DNA of 35,299 bases, taken from positions 1 through 35,299 of IMG/VR virus record IMGVR_UViG_3300028585_000051; one strand, 5' to 3'. The notes under the pieces were generated by a model that made no database searches, was not told the DNA's origin, and saw only the letters and a program-made list of their open reading frames with translations. The translations under genes and the position numbers were made by a program. This document shows positions 16,999-25,480 of the stretch, piece by piece. The DNA comes from a virus (taxonomy: Duplodnaviria > Caudoviricetes). Position 1 is the stretch's first letter; each line of letters starts with the position of its first letter.

Positions 16999-19116
16999 TT
17001 ACATTGGTTGGCCCATGCCGGGCGGGGGCTGCATCGCCTGTTGCGGCGGTTGCTCGGGTTGCTGCATCTGCTCAGGCATCGGCTGCGGCATTGGTTGCTG
17101 CTGGGCCTGCTGCTGGTCGCCGGGCGTGATGTCGGGCGTAGACAGCGCCTGCTGCAGCGTCTGCATTACCAGCGCCTGGATCTCGGCCGGGCCAAACGCT
17201 GGCGCCGTGATCTTCAAGCGCTCGCTCTCGGCCTTATAGGCGTCGATCCGCAGCTTGGTGACGTCGATTTCCTTGTCCTTCGCCTGGTCGGCCAGCTGGC
17301 CCTGCAGCTGCTGCAGTGCCTGCTGCATCTGCTGCATCTGCTGCTGCGCCTGCATGAGCTGCGGGTTCTGCCCTTGCGCCTGCGGCGGCAACAGCAGCTT
17401 GAGGCGCTCGGCGATCTCGTCGGCGCCGGGCCAGTCCAGGTTCTTGGCCAGCAGGTCGCCCATCACCTGGCCAGCGCCAGGCACCGCGCGCATGAACTCG
17501 GTCATCTGCATGGCCGCTTCCTGGCGCCGCGTGTTGTAGCTCGGGCCGCTCTCGCACGTGACGTCGTATTTGCCGCTGGTCAGGTCGTAGATGCGCGTGA
17601 TGCCGACCATCTCTTCCTGCTGGTCCTTCTGTTCCTCAGGAAGCATCTCGGTTTCCTGGTTCACCTTCACGTCACGGTTCGTGCCGTCTTCCTGGATTGT
17701 GCGGATCACCCGCGCCACCGTGTACACCTTCGGGATCAGGTCGGCCATGATGCGGCCGGCGTGGCGGATGCCGCGCGACAGGTTGTCGGTAAAGTTGAAC
17801 GTGCTGGTGTCGCCTTCGCGCTGGCGCGCCAGGATTGCGCGGCCGCTGGTCTCGTTCGACTGCGCGCCCAGGCTGGCGTCGTACAGGCCCATGATCGACT
17901 TCATGTCGTCGGACGCGTTCATCGCCTCCTGCAGCGCGCCGGCAGGCGGACCTGCGAATGGTTGCCGCTGCGGCATAGCGCCGCCAGCCTCCGGCACCGG
18001 GTCGTATTCCAGGTAGGAGTGGTTCTCCGTATTCGCGGTGGCCCAGTTCGGATCGGTCGCAAACGAGCCCGCCGGGCCGACCCATGGTGCTTTCGGCGCC
18101 AGCGCGACCAGCTCAGTCGAGACCGTACGCCAGTAGTTGGACATGCGCTGCGCGTCCTTGGCCGCGTGGATCATCGAGAACAGGTGCCGCTTGCCGTCGA
18201 TGATCACCTCGTCGCCATAGACAGGGACGATCGGGATGTACTTGCCGGCCCACTCGTTCGTTTCCAGGATTTCGCAGCCGTTCATCAGGTGCTGCGTCAC
18301 CTTCATCGTGCGCGTTTCGCGGCGCTCCACCTCGGTGATGCCTTGGGCCTGCAGCAGGCCCATGAATTCTTCGTCATCCAGCTTCTCAGCCGGGACGATC
18401 ATCCCGCTCGACAGCTTCACGATGGTCGCAGGCACCTCGCGGCGCTTCCACCACTCGGCCACGCGGACCAGGCCATCTTCCAGCCATCCGGACGCCATCG
18501 TGCCGCGCCCATCGCCTTCGAAGCTGGACGCGTCAGCCTTCGGCCATTTCGCCTTGAACGCATCGGCTGAGTAATCCTCGGTCACGAACGCGTCGTTCCA
18601 GTTCGCCGAGTCGGCGTCCATGGCATAGGCGTCCGGCACCACGGACAGGCTGTTGGCGATGCGCTCGATGCGGATGTCCTGGTCGAACACGTCGTCGGCC
18701 GCATAGTCGGTCGTGATGCGGAAATAGCCCACGTTGCCCGACACGGCGTTGTCGATGGCCGTGTCGTAGGCCACATCGGCATTGCTCGAGTACTCGATGT
18801 TGCGCACCAGGCCATCCTGCACCTTGGCGGTCCACTGGTCGGCGCCGTCGCCAACCGCATGGAACTTGATCGATGGCTTGTTCTGGCGCGCGTCGTTGAC
18901 CACTTGCCGGATGAACGCGGCCATGCGGTTCAAGGTCAGGCAGGGCCGGCCTTCCAGCTCACGCTGGCGCCGGATCGCCTCGGGCCATTGCTCGCCCAGG
19001 CGGGCGAAACGAATGTCGTCCTCGTAGCGCGTGCGATTGTGCTCGTCCGCTTTGACCGCGTAGTCATAAATCCGCAGCCCTTCCGAGTGCAGGTCGTCGT
19101 CTTTCTTGTCAGCCAT
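16999..19116 (-). CDS. Portal protein, P22-like
   Basis: 705 aa; GEQWP..R....GRPCLTLN, GKYIPIVPVYG, KDAQRMSNYW, SNETSGRAILARQ, GKYDV..GPSYNTRRQEA; Q/P-rich tail. Confidence 0.95.
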   Translation of the reverse strand: MADKKDDDLHSEGLRIYDYAVKADEHNRTRYEDDIRFARLGEQWPEAIRRQRELEGRPCLTLNRMAAFIRQVVNDARQNKPSIKFHAVGDGADQWTAKVQDGLVRNIEYSSNADVAYDTAIDNAVSGNVGYFRITTDYAADDVFDQDIRIERIANSLSVVPDAYAMDADSANWNDAFVTEDYSADAFKAKWPKADASSFEGDGRGTMASGWLEDGLVRVAEWWKRREVPATIVKLSSGMIVPAEKLDDEEFMGLLQAQGITEVERRETRTMKVTQHLMNGCEILETNEWAGKYIPIVPVYGDEVIIDGKRHLFSMIHAAKDAQRMSNYWRTVSTELVALAPKAPWVGPAGSFATDPNWATANTENHSYLEYDPVPEAGGAMPQRQPFAGPPAGALQEAMNASDDMKSIMGLYDASLGAQSNETSGRAILARQREGDTSTFNFTDNLSRGIRHAGRIMADLIPKVYTVARVIRTIQEDGTNRDVKVNQETEMLPEEQKDQQEEMVGITRIYDLTSGKYDVTCESGPSYNTRRQEAAMQMTEFMRAVPGAGQVMGDLLAKNLDWPGADEIAERLKLLLPPQAQGQNPQLMQAQQQMQQMQQALQQLQGQLADQAKDKEIDVTKLRIDAYKAESERLKITAPAFGPAEIQALVMQTLQQALSTPDITPGDQQQAQQQPMPQPMPEQMQQPEQPPQQAMQPPPGMGQPM

Positions 19117-19128
19117 GTGGGTATCTCG

Positions 19129-20352
19129 TCAGCCCATCCAGCCCCCAGGAGCGGCGGCAGGACGTGGGCGTTGTGGTGTGGGTTTCGCCGCCTTGCGCGC
19201 GCCCTCGCAGGCGTACCGCAGTGCGTCGATCACGTGGTTGTGCTTATCTTCGAACACGGGCAGCACGGCGCCGGTCAGCGGGTCGAGCTTGTAGCTGTAC
19301 ATGGTCAGTTCCTCGATCGTGTGCGCGCAGCGTGGATGAACCACGATGTCGAACGTCTTGAGGAACTCGACGCCTTCCTCGACCGAGCGCGCGCCCTTGA
19401 TGGCGCCGTTGATCTTCGGGAAGCCGTGCTTGCGCATGTAGCTGATCGTCTCGGGCCGCGAGCTGTCAGCGGTGATGAACCACTTCCGGCTATCTGGCAC
19501 ACGGTCGAACAGGTCGGGGAGCTGATCGATCTCGCAGCCCACCATGTGCGCTTCGTGGTCGATATACAGGCGCCGGCCTTCGATATCGCAGCGCACCAGT
19601 ACGGTCGGGTCAACCGCAAAGCCCCAGTCGGCGCCCAGGCGGTGCACCGTGCCGGGCGGCCGCTCGAACTCTTCGACCGTCCAGTTGCGGAACACGCGCG
19701 CCTCGCTGTTCATCTGGTACTTGCCGAGCCAGATGTGCGCGTACTTCTCCGGATCGCGGCCACGGTCGTAGGCCATTTCCTCCAGCAGCTCTTGCGGGCA
19801 CCAGGGGTTGTCCGAGTAGTTCGCCTCGACCACGACCGAGTTCGGCGGTGGAGTGTCGCCGCGCAGCAGCACATCGACCGGGTCGGTTGCGAAGCGCGGG
19901 TTCCAGCTGAACCAGATTTCAGAGCCCGGCGCGCGGATGGTCGGCCGCAGCAGGTCCAAGCTGCGCTGACTCAATGACTGCGCTTCCTCGACCCATGCAC
20001 GCTTGAAGCCTTCTAGCGACTTGATCGAGTCAGCCGTATGGTCCTGCATGCCCTGGAAGATGATCACGCCGCCGTTGCGCGTCTTGATCTGCTCGTTCTG
20101 CACTTCAAAGTACAGGCCGGCATTCATCGACTCGATCTTCGCCTCCAGCAGGCGCTTGACCGAGAATTTCAGCGACTTCTGCACCTCACGCAGGCACACG
20201 GCGCTGATCGGCTCGCGAATGCAATCCTCGATCAGCATTTCGCCGAAGAAGTGCGACTTGCCCGAGCCCCGGCCACCGTGCGCGCCCTTATAGCGGGCAG
20301 GCGTCAGTAGCGGCTCGAACGCGGCCGGCGTGTTGATGATAAGTTCACTCAT
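19129..20352 (-). CDS. terL: Terminase large subunit (PBSX/Sf6-like family)
   Basis: Walker A HGGRGSGKS, REVQKSL, IKSLEG, WVEEAQ, IWFSWNP, nuclease DWGF and NHVIDALRYA. Confidence 0.95.
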   Translation of the reverse strand: MSELIINTPAAFEPLLTPARYKGAHGGRGSGKSHFFGEMLIEDCIREPISAVCLREVQKSLKFSVKRLLEAKIESMNAGLYFEVQNEQIKTRNGGVIIFQGMQDHTADSIKSLEGFKRAWVEEAQSLSQRSLDLLRPTIRAPGSEIWFSWNPRFATDPVDVLLRGDTPPPNSVVVEANYSDNPWCPQELLEEMAYDRGRDPEKYAHIWLGKYQMNSEARVFRNWTVEEFERPPGTVHRLGADWGFAVDPTVLVRCDIEGRRLYIDHEAHMVGCEIDQLPDLFDRVPDSRKWFITADSSRPETISYMRKHGFPKINGAIKGARSVEEGVEFLKTFDIVVHPRCAHTIEELTMYSYKLDPLTGAVLPVFEDKHNHVIDALRYACEGARKAAKPTPQRPRPAAAPGGWMG

Positions 20353-20860
20353 TTGCTTTCACGATCCGGCGTGTGATACCGGTGAATTCGACAGGCCCAC
20401 CGTTCGCGCCGGTCAGCTCCTGGGTGATCTTGTCGCCGTAGCGCTTCGGGTCCCACTTGGCCAGCAGCTTGAGGCGCGTCTCGACGCGGAGCTTGCTGCG
20501 GCTGATCCATTCGGTGTTAGCGCGGTCGCCGTGCTCGGTGCTCACGGTGTCGAACGCGGTTTCGTCGGCGATGTCGAGGCACTCTTCAGCGATGGCGTCG
20601 AAGCCAGCCTCGCGCGCACTCGCGATGCGTTTGGAAAACTCTTCGTGCGCTGCCTTCCAGCCGTACACGGTTTGCCAAGCTGGCATCCGGTCATCGCGGC
20701 AGATTTGGCGCAGCGGCTCACCTTGCGACAGGCGTTCGCATATCTCATCGGCCACTTCCTGGCTGAACGAGCTCGGGCGCCCACGCGGGGCGGGCTGAGC
20801 AGGCGGACCAGCCTCAGCCGGCGCCGCCTTCTTGCGGGTCTTGGCTTTGGGTTCGGTCAT
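20345..20860 (-). CDS. terS: Terminase small subunit (Sf6-like HTH)
   Basis: GRPSSFSQEVADEICERLSQGEPLRQIC...MPAWQTVYGW...KLRVETRLKLLAKWDPKRYGDK..ELTGANGGPV. Confidence 0.92.
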   Translation of the reverse strand: MTEPKAKTRKKAAPAEAGPPAQPAPRGRPSSFSQEVADEICERLSQGEPLRQICRDDRMPAWQTVYGWKAAHEEFSKRIASAREAGFDAIAEECLDIADETAFDTVSTEHGDRANTEWISRSKLRVETRLKLLAKWDPKRYGDKITQELTGANGGPVEFTGITRRIVKANE

Positions 20861-20870
20861 GGTCGCGGAA

Positions 20871-20894
20871 TAAAAAAACCCGCACGAGGCGGGC
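20871..20894 (-). terminator. Intrinsic terminator immediately upstream of terS
   Basis: Minus strand GCCCGC-CTCGT-GCGGGT followed by T6. Confidence 0.75.
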
Positions 20895-21059
20895 AAAGGA
20901 AGCGGGAAGGATTAGGACCCGCTCCGGAGACAGGGGAGGGTGGATGCGCCTCGGTTGCCGCACACGGCGGACGAAGGGGTGAGAGGGCTTCCACCACACG
21001 AGAAACGGCTCGTGGGAACCGGCTTTCGTGTGGCGCCCGGCTTTCACCGGGCAGTCGGA

Positions 21060-21248
21060 TCAGGCTGCCACGCCCTGTGCGGCGAGGATCAGGCGGCGCG
21101 GGTTGGATCCGGTGCAGATGATGACGGCCGGCAGGAACCACCATGCGGACCAACCTTCGCGCGCGACGAGATATGCAGCCCCGGCGAGCACCGACAGATC
21201 GAACGCGAGCATCAGCGCGTAGAGGATGATGATGGCGATGGGGTTCAT
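21060..21248 (-). CDS. Small two-TM membrane protein
   Basis: 62 aa, two hydrophobic segments separated by REGWSAWW; ATGA overlap with the upstream gene. Confidence 0.65.
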   Translation of the reverse strand: MNPIAIIILYALMLAFDLSVLAGAAYLVAREGWSAWWFLPAVIICTGSNPRRLILAAQGVAA

Positions 21249-21430
21249 GCGCCGCCGATGCCTCCGCTCACGACTTCCCCCTTGAGGTAGGCCTCATAGG
21301 CCTTCGCGGCCTGCAGCACTGATCCGTAATCGCGACCCACAGGGCTCTCTGTGCGCAGCGCAGCTTCGAGAGCGTGAGCGCGGATTTGGCCCAGGCGGTC
21401 GAGGCAAGTGTTCGATGAAGTTTCGCCCAT
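21245..21430 (-). CDS. Hypothetical protein (61 aa)
   Basis: MGETSS... with GGAG RBS; IRAHALEAALR...VLQAAKAYEAYL helical pattern. Confidence 0.55.
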   Translation of the reverse strand: MGETSSNTCLDRLGQIRAHALEAALRTESPVGRDYGSVLQAAKAYEAYLKGEVVSGGIGGA

Positions 21431-21474
21431 ACTTTTCTCCAGTGAGTTGCCGTCGAAAGCGCCCACCAGAAACG

Positions 21475-21499
21475 AAAAAGCCCCTCTCAGTGGCGGGGC
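21475..21499 (-). terminator. tR'-like terminator of the late leader
   Basis: Minus strand GCCCC-GCCACTGAGA-GGGGC followed by TTTTT, about 100 nt after the late promoter. Confidence 0.75.
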
Positions 21500-21579
21500 A
21501 ATCTGTTTTCGTACTGACGTGCGAAATCCCTGGTGGAATCGCTCGTCAATTTCTAGACGGAATTAAGTTGTAGCTTGGA

Positions 21580-21608
21580 ATGCTACTTCTTTGATTTCCA
21601 ACAGTCAA
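21580..21608 (-). promoter_or_regulatory. Late promoter (pR'-like), sigma70
   Basis: -35 TTGACT (21608..21603), 17-nt spacer, -10 TAGCAT (21585..21580); downstream of the Q-like gene and upstream of a terminator and all virion genes. Confidence 0.75.
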
Positions 21609-21621
21609 TCTATTTGCGTGC

Positions 21622-22071
21622 TCATGCGCGGTCGTGTTGTTTACCGATCTCCGCGGCTGCGCGGGTGATGGCGCGGCGGGTGGCGATTAGCATGTCTTGC
21701 TGAAAGTGAACGTGCTCTTTGACCTCTTGGCTGCCCGGCACATACGCCACCGCATCCTGCGTTAAGTACGTACCCGGCGTTACTTGAATGCCCAGCGTTA
21801 CCGCCAACTCAAGCGCATCGCCGCTGAACGCGAGCGAGTTCCAGGCGTTGACCACGCGCCCATCTTCGAAGTGCAGGTTGCCGTACCCTTCGTGCTCGAC
21901 TTCTTCGAACCGGGCGCCGAGCGCACGCGCGGCCAGCTCAAGCAGCGCGCGGTCTTCGGGCGACAGGCTGCGCGCGGTCGGCGCCGGTAGCTCGTCGAGG
22001 TCATCATCGGCCGGGCTGTACTGGTCGCCCGACCATTCGACCTTCTGGAAGTTGTTATCGCCCTGATTCAT
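21622..22071 (-). CDS. Hypothetical phage protein
   Basis: MNQGDNNF...LLELAARALG...WNSLAFSGDALELAV...ATRRAITRAAAEIGK; ATGA overlap with the Q-like gene. Confidence 0.75.
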   Translation of the reverse strand: MNQGDNNFQKVEWSGDQYSPADDDLDELPAPTARSLSPEDRALLELAARALGARFEEVEHEGYGNLHFEDGRVVNAWNSLAFSGDALELAVTLGIQVTPGTYLTQDAVAYVPGSQEVKEHVHFQQDMLIATRRAITRAAAEIGKQHDRA

Positions 22072-22583
22072 GCCTGTCTCGTCTTCGTGTCCACAGCCGA
22101 TTCTACCGCAGCCTGCGCCTGCCGGAACATGTCGATGAACAGCGTCGCCGGCTTGTGCGCGATGCTCATCTTGCGGCACACGACGTCGGGCTGAGCCTGC
22201 CGGATGTAGCACCACCACAGCAGCATGCGGTGCTGGGTGGTCAGGTGGCGCATGGCCTGCTCCAGGCGCAGGGCGTCGAGCTCGTCAACGTCGCGGCGCT
22301 CGCCGGTGCGCTCCTCAACGATGCCGGCCTCACGCTTGGCGCGGTCAATCATGCGGGCGGTCGGGCTGCTGGCAATGTCGCGCTCGCACTCGGTGGCCCA
22401 CCGGCTCCAGTTCTCCAAGCGGCTGCCGATCTCACGGCGGTCGGGCTGCTGCCTGGCGGCCGGTGCCGGCGGCGCGGCGCTGATCGCCAGGTGCGGCTGC
22501 TCGGCGAAGTCGTCGACCCGGCGCGCTGGCTCGCCGAGCGGGCGCCAGCGGCGGGTGATCAGTTCTCGGCGCTCGACCGTCAT
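22068..22583 (-). CDS. Antitermination protein, Q-like
   Basis: IGSRLENWSRWA...DALRLEQAMRHL...LLWWCYI...VVCRKMSI pattern; position before the late promoter. Confidence 0.65.
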   Translation of the reverse strand: MTVERRELITRRWRPLGEPARRVDDFAEQPHLAISAAPPAPAARQQPDRREIGSRLENWSRWATECERDIASSPTARMIDRAKREAGIVEERTGERRDVDELDALRLEQAMRHLTTQHRMLLWWCYIRQAQPDVVCRKMSIAHKPATLFIDMFRQAQAAVESAVDTKTRQA

Positions 22584-23179
22584 GGGCGCGCCTCAATGGC
22601 CACGCCGAACACGGCCCACATCATCGGATCGCGCGGCGGGATGATGAGCGGACGCGGCAGCGCTGGAACGGCGCGGGACTTTCGTTTCTTATCCGAGCGC
22701 GGCGGCAGCGGATGACCGGTCAGGACCCACGTAGCTCCAATAATCTCGCCGTCGGCTCCCATTCGGCGATCGGTTCGGTTCTGGACGGCGCCGGCTTCCT
22801 GCATTTGCTTCAGCAGGCGGTAGACCTCATGGCGGGGCAGGCCCAGGCTTTCGTACAAGCTGCGCGTGGTGCGCTGGCTCCCGCTCATTTCCATCATCTG
22901 GTCGGCGTAATGCCAACGCCACGCGAAGAATTTCTTTTCGCGGCACGCGTCGCGCCAAGCCTCCTGCGCCGCCTTGGCCTCTTGGCGCCGGCGGACAAAC
23001 TGCGAGACGAAGCGGTCATGACAGGTTTCGTGGCACACGAAGTTATCCAGCGCCTGCCGTTGTTCGCTCGTGAAGCTATCCGGTACTGCCGGCATGACCG
23101 GTCTGTTTGTCTTAGCCTCGTACTTAAACCAGTCCGGCACGTCCGGCGCATGTGCGGCGAAAAAATCTCGGGTACTCAT
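22580..23179 (-). CDS. Hypothetical protein with a probable winged-HTH in its C-terminal half
   Basis: MSTRDFFAAHAP...WRWHYADQM fused to TTRSLYESLGLPRHEVYRLLKQMQEAGAV; ATGA couplings on both sides. Confidence 0.7.
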   Translation of the reverse strand: MSTRDFFAAHAPDVPDWFKYEAKTNRPVMPAVPDSFTSEQRQALDNFVCHETCHDRFVSQFVRRRQEAKAAQEAWRDACREKKFFAWRWHYADQMMEMSGSQRTTRSLYESLGLPRHEVYRLLKQMQEAGAVQNRTDRRMGADGEIIGATWVLTGHPLPPRSDKKRKSRAVPALPRPLIIPPRDPMMWAVFGVAIEARP

Positions 23180-23952
23180 GCCGCACTCCCGCGCTGCGAC
23201 GCCCAATCGAACGGAATCCAGATGCCCCCCTCGCGCAGGCGGTCGAAGCTGCGGTCGCCCAAGAAGGTTTTGAGGCCGGCCTTGCCCTGGTTCGTCAGCA
23301 AGATCGTCGGCATCAGGTCGCGGTAGCGCTTGTCGATGATGTCGAACAGGCTGACCTGCTCGGCCTCGGTGCCGTACTGCACGCCGACTTCATCCATGAT
23401 CAACAGGTCGACACCGGCCAGGGTGTTGAGCACTTCGGTTTCGGTCTTGTCCGAGTTGCGGCGCCAGGTATCGCGGATCATGCGAACGGCGTCGATGGCT
23501 GAGGTGTACAGGGCCGTACGGCGCGCCATGATGCTCTGTGCAATGGCGATCGCCAGATGGCTCTTGCCGGTGCCAGGCATGCCCGAAAAGACAACCACTG
23601 TTCCCTTGCCGCGGTGCTGTTCGAAGTTGTGCGCGAACTCCATCGCCGTTGTCAGCGCGCGCTCCTTGTCGGCGGTGTCGGCGATGAACGAGGCAAAGTC
23701 TTTGGCGCGGTAGCGGAGCGGGATGCCGCAGCGGTCGAGGCGGGCCTCCAGGCGACGCTGCGCATCGGCTGCGTCCTTCTCAGCTTGCTCGGCCGCCGCG
23801 GCGTCCTGCGCCCGCTTGCTGCAGGTCGGGCAGCCCATCCAGCGTGTCGTCTTGCCCAGCGTGAAACCCTTGCTGGTGAATTCGCCATGCTCGGCGCAGG
23901 TGTCCTGCTTTTCCTGCTGCGCGATCAGCGGTGCGTTAAACGATCCGTCCAT
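23176..23952 (-). CDS. DnaC/IstB-like AAA+ helicase loader
   Basis: CAEHG...CPTC zinc site, Walker A GMPGTGKSH, Walker B LLIMDEVG, IIDKRY, PTILLTN, DRLRE. Confidence 0.92.
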   Translation of the reverse strand: MDGSFNAPLIAQQEKQDTCAEHGEFTSKGFTLGKTTRWMGCPTCSKRAQDAAAAEQAEKDAADAQRRLEARLDRCGIPLRYRAKDFASFIADTADKERALTTAMEFAHNFEQHRGKGTVVVFSGMPGTGKSHLAIAIAQSIMARRTALYTSAIDAVRMIRDTWRRNSDKTETEVLNTLAGVDLLIMDEVGVQYGTEAEQVSLFDIIDKRYRDLMPTILLTNQGKAGLKTFLGDRSFDRLREGGIWIPFDWASQRGSAA

Positions 23953-24730
23953 CTTCGATGCCCTCCCTGTAGTCGATCTTTTCGAAATTGCTGTGTCGCG
24001 ACGGGGGCGGCGCTGCCCGGGCCTGTTGCTGCGGCTGCCGCTCCTTGAGCACCCAGTCGGCCTCGAAGCCGGCCCAGCCCCTGGTGCAGCAGAGCGACAA
24101 GGCGGCTTCCAGCGAAAGCCCGGCCTTGCCGGCTTCGGCGATGATGTTTTTCAGGGCGGTAGGGGTGACGGTGGCGCGCTTGGTCTTGCGGAGAGCAAGC
24201 CAGTCGGCAGCGATCTGAGGCGAGACAGCCAGGGAAGCGAGTTCAGCGCCAGGGTCGAACGTCGGCGCAGCCGGCGCTGGTTTTGTTTTTGACCTTGGTT
24301 CTTTCTTCTCTTCTCTTCTCTTCTCTTCTTTAGGTAACGCTGGGGTAACGATGGCAGCGTTACCTTCGTCGTTATTCCTTGCGTTACCCTTGTGTTTAGC
24401 CACGCGTTTCGCAGTCAAAGCACGGTTTTTAGCGGTCTGCCCGTTGTGCCGTTCGAAGTTTGGGAGGGTGATACCGTTCTCATCTGCGATTAACCATCCC
24501 ACATCGCACATCGCTTGTGCGAACCCGGTAACGCCGATGATGCGATCCATTAACGCTGCGGTAACGCGCGGAGCGTTACCATCGACGGTCTGTTGATCAA
24601 ACCAGCGCCATACCTTGAGCAGCTTGCCGACCGTCAGGTCTGGATCGTCCCAGCCCATGGCGACAGTGATCGTGAAGACTTCTTGCTTCTCGGGGGTGTT
24701 CGCTTCGAATTTGATCCATTCGCCGGCCAT
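23936..24730 (-). CDS. Phage replication initiator protein
   Basis: MAGEWIK...GKLLKVWRWFD...LPNFERHNGQTAKNRA N-domain, EEKRREEKK linker and ADWLALRKTKRA...RGWAGF C-domain; upstream of the DnaC-like gene; contains iterons. Confidence 0.85.
   Translation of the reverse strand: MAGEWIKFEANTPEKQEVFTITVAMGWDDPDLTVGKLLKVWRWFDQQTVDGNAPRVTAALMDRIIGVTGFAQAMCDVGWLIADENGITLPNFERHNGQTAKNRALTAKRVAKHKGNARNNDEGNAAIVTPALPKEEKRREEKKEPRSKTKPAPAAPTFDPGAELASLAVSPQIAADWLALRKTKRATVTPTALKNIIAEAGKAGLSLEAALSLCCTRGWAGFEADWVLKERQPQQQARAAPPPSRHSNFEKIDYREGIEDGRIV
24302..24389. promoter_or_regulatory. Putative replication origin (iterons plus polypyrimidine tract)
   Basis: (TTCTC)n tract at 24302..24330; GGTAACG at 24333 and 24344 with inverted CGTTACC at 24358 and 24382; further copies at 24527..24580. 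Confidence 0.7.
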
Positions 24731-24731
24731 G

Positions 24732-25016
24732 TCAGTGCCCCTTCTCGAGCAGAGGCAACTGGCGCGGATCGGTCTTGTCGAGGACGTAGATGACGGTGCG
24801 CTTCGGGCCGGTGAGCACCTGGTCGCAGTCAGGCTGGCCGGCAGCGATGACTACGGCATTGGCGCGTGCACAGACGTTGGAACGCTGGTCGATGAACAGG
24901 CAGCCGTCGCATTCGCCGAACACTGGCGCCTGGATGGCCTTGATGCGGATGGTTTCTGGCTCGATGGGCGCAGCAGTGAAGCCGGCCCAGTTGGGGGAGA
25001 GGATGTTCGTGGTCAT
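24732..25016 (-). CDS. Hypothetical Cys-containing protein
   Basis: 94 aa with CDGC...C...DCD; translationally coupled within the early right operon. Confidence 0.65.
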   Translation of the reverse strand: MTTNILSPNWAGFTAAPIEPETIRIKAIQAPVFGECDGCLFIDQRSNVCARANAVVIAAGQPDCDQVLTGPKRTVIYVLDKTDPRQLPLLEKGH

Positions 25017-25189
25017 GAGTGGGCTTTCGCGTCGTCAATGATCTTGGCGAGCGTGCGGCGCTCCAGGTATTCGGAGCGCTGCTTGACCGGATCACCCTTG
25101 TTGGCGATGGCGTCTTTATCGGCCTGGCGCCAGCAGCAGGCCTGGGCGACGATCTTTTCGCTGGGTGTTGCTTTTTGTGTAGGCTGCAT
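25013..25189 (-). CDS. Hypothetical protein (58 aa)
   Basis: MQPTQKATPSEK... with GAGGA RBS; ATGA overlap downstream. Confidence 0.6.
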   Translation of the reverse strand: MQPTQKATPSEKIVAQACCWRQADKDAIANKGDPVKQRSEYLERRTLAKIIDDAKAHS

Positions 25190-25234
25190 GTGTTCCTCGA
25201 TTAAGTGCAGGTCGTTTGCCACGTTCCATCCGAA

Positions 25235-25480
25235 TCAAAGACGCATGTGCATGCGAGGGCGTGCGGCGCGCGCTGGCAGGAACACGGCCATGTTCTGGCC
25301 ATAGGCCGTGCGTTCCGCTTGACGCTGCTGGCGGCTATCCTTGCGGTCAGCCATCCAGCCCTTCGCCAGATCGCGCAGCAACTTGCTGCGGGTGACGTCG
25401 GCTGCCTTGCATTCGCGCTCAAGGTCGACAAACTCGTCGGCGTTGAGCAGGGTCTTTACTTCGATGTTTCGTGGGGACAT
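25235..25480 (-). CDS. CII-position regulator (ribbon-helix-helix-like)
   Basis: MSPRNIEVKTLLNADEFVDLERECKAADVTRSKLLRDLA, a beta-helix-helix pattern; directly after cro. Confidence 0.6.
   Translation of the reverse strand: MSPRNIEVKTLLNADEFVDLERECKAADVTRSKLLRDLAKGWMADRKDSRQQRQAERTAYGQNMAVFLPARAARPRMHMRL

Noticed and set aside
17020-17360. CTG/CAG-rich repeats as a possible repeat array or CRISPR
   Set aside because: They encode the Gln/Pro-rich portal C-terminus; no constant repeat-spacer structure and no cas genes.
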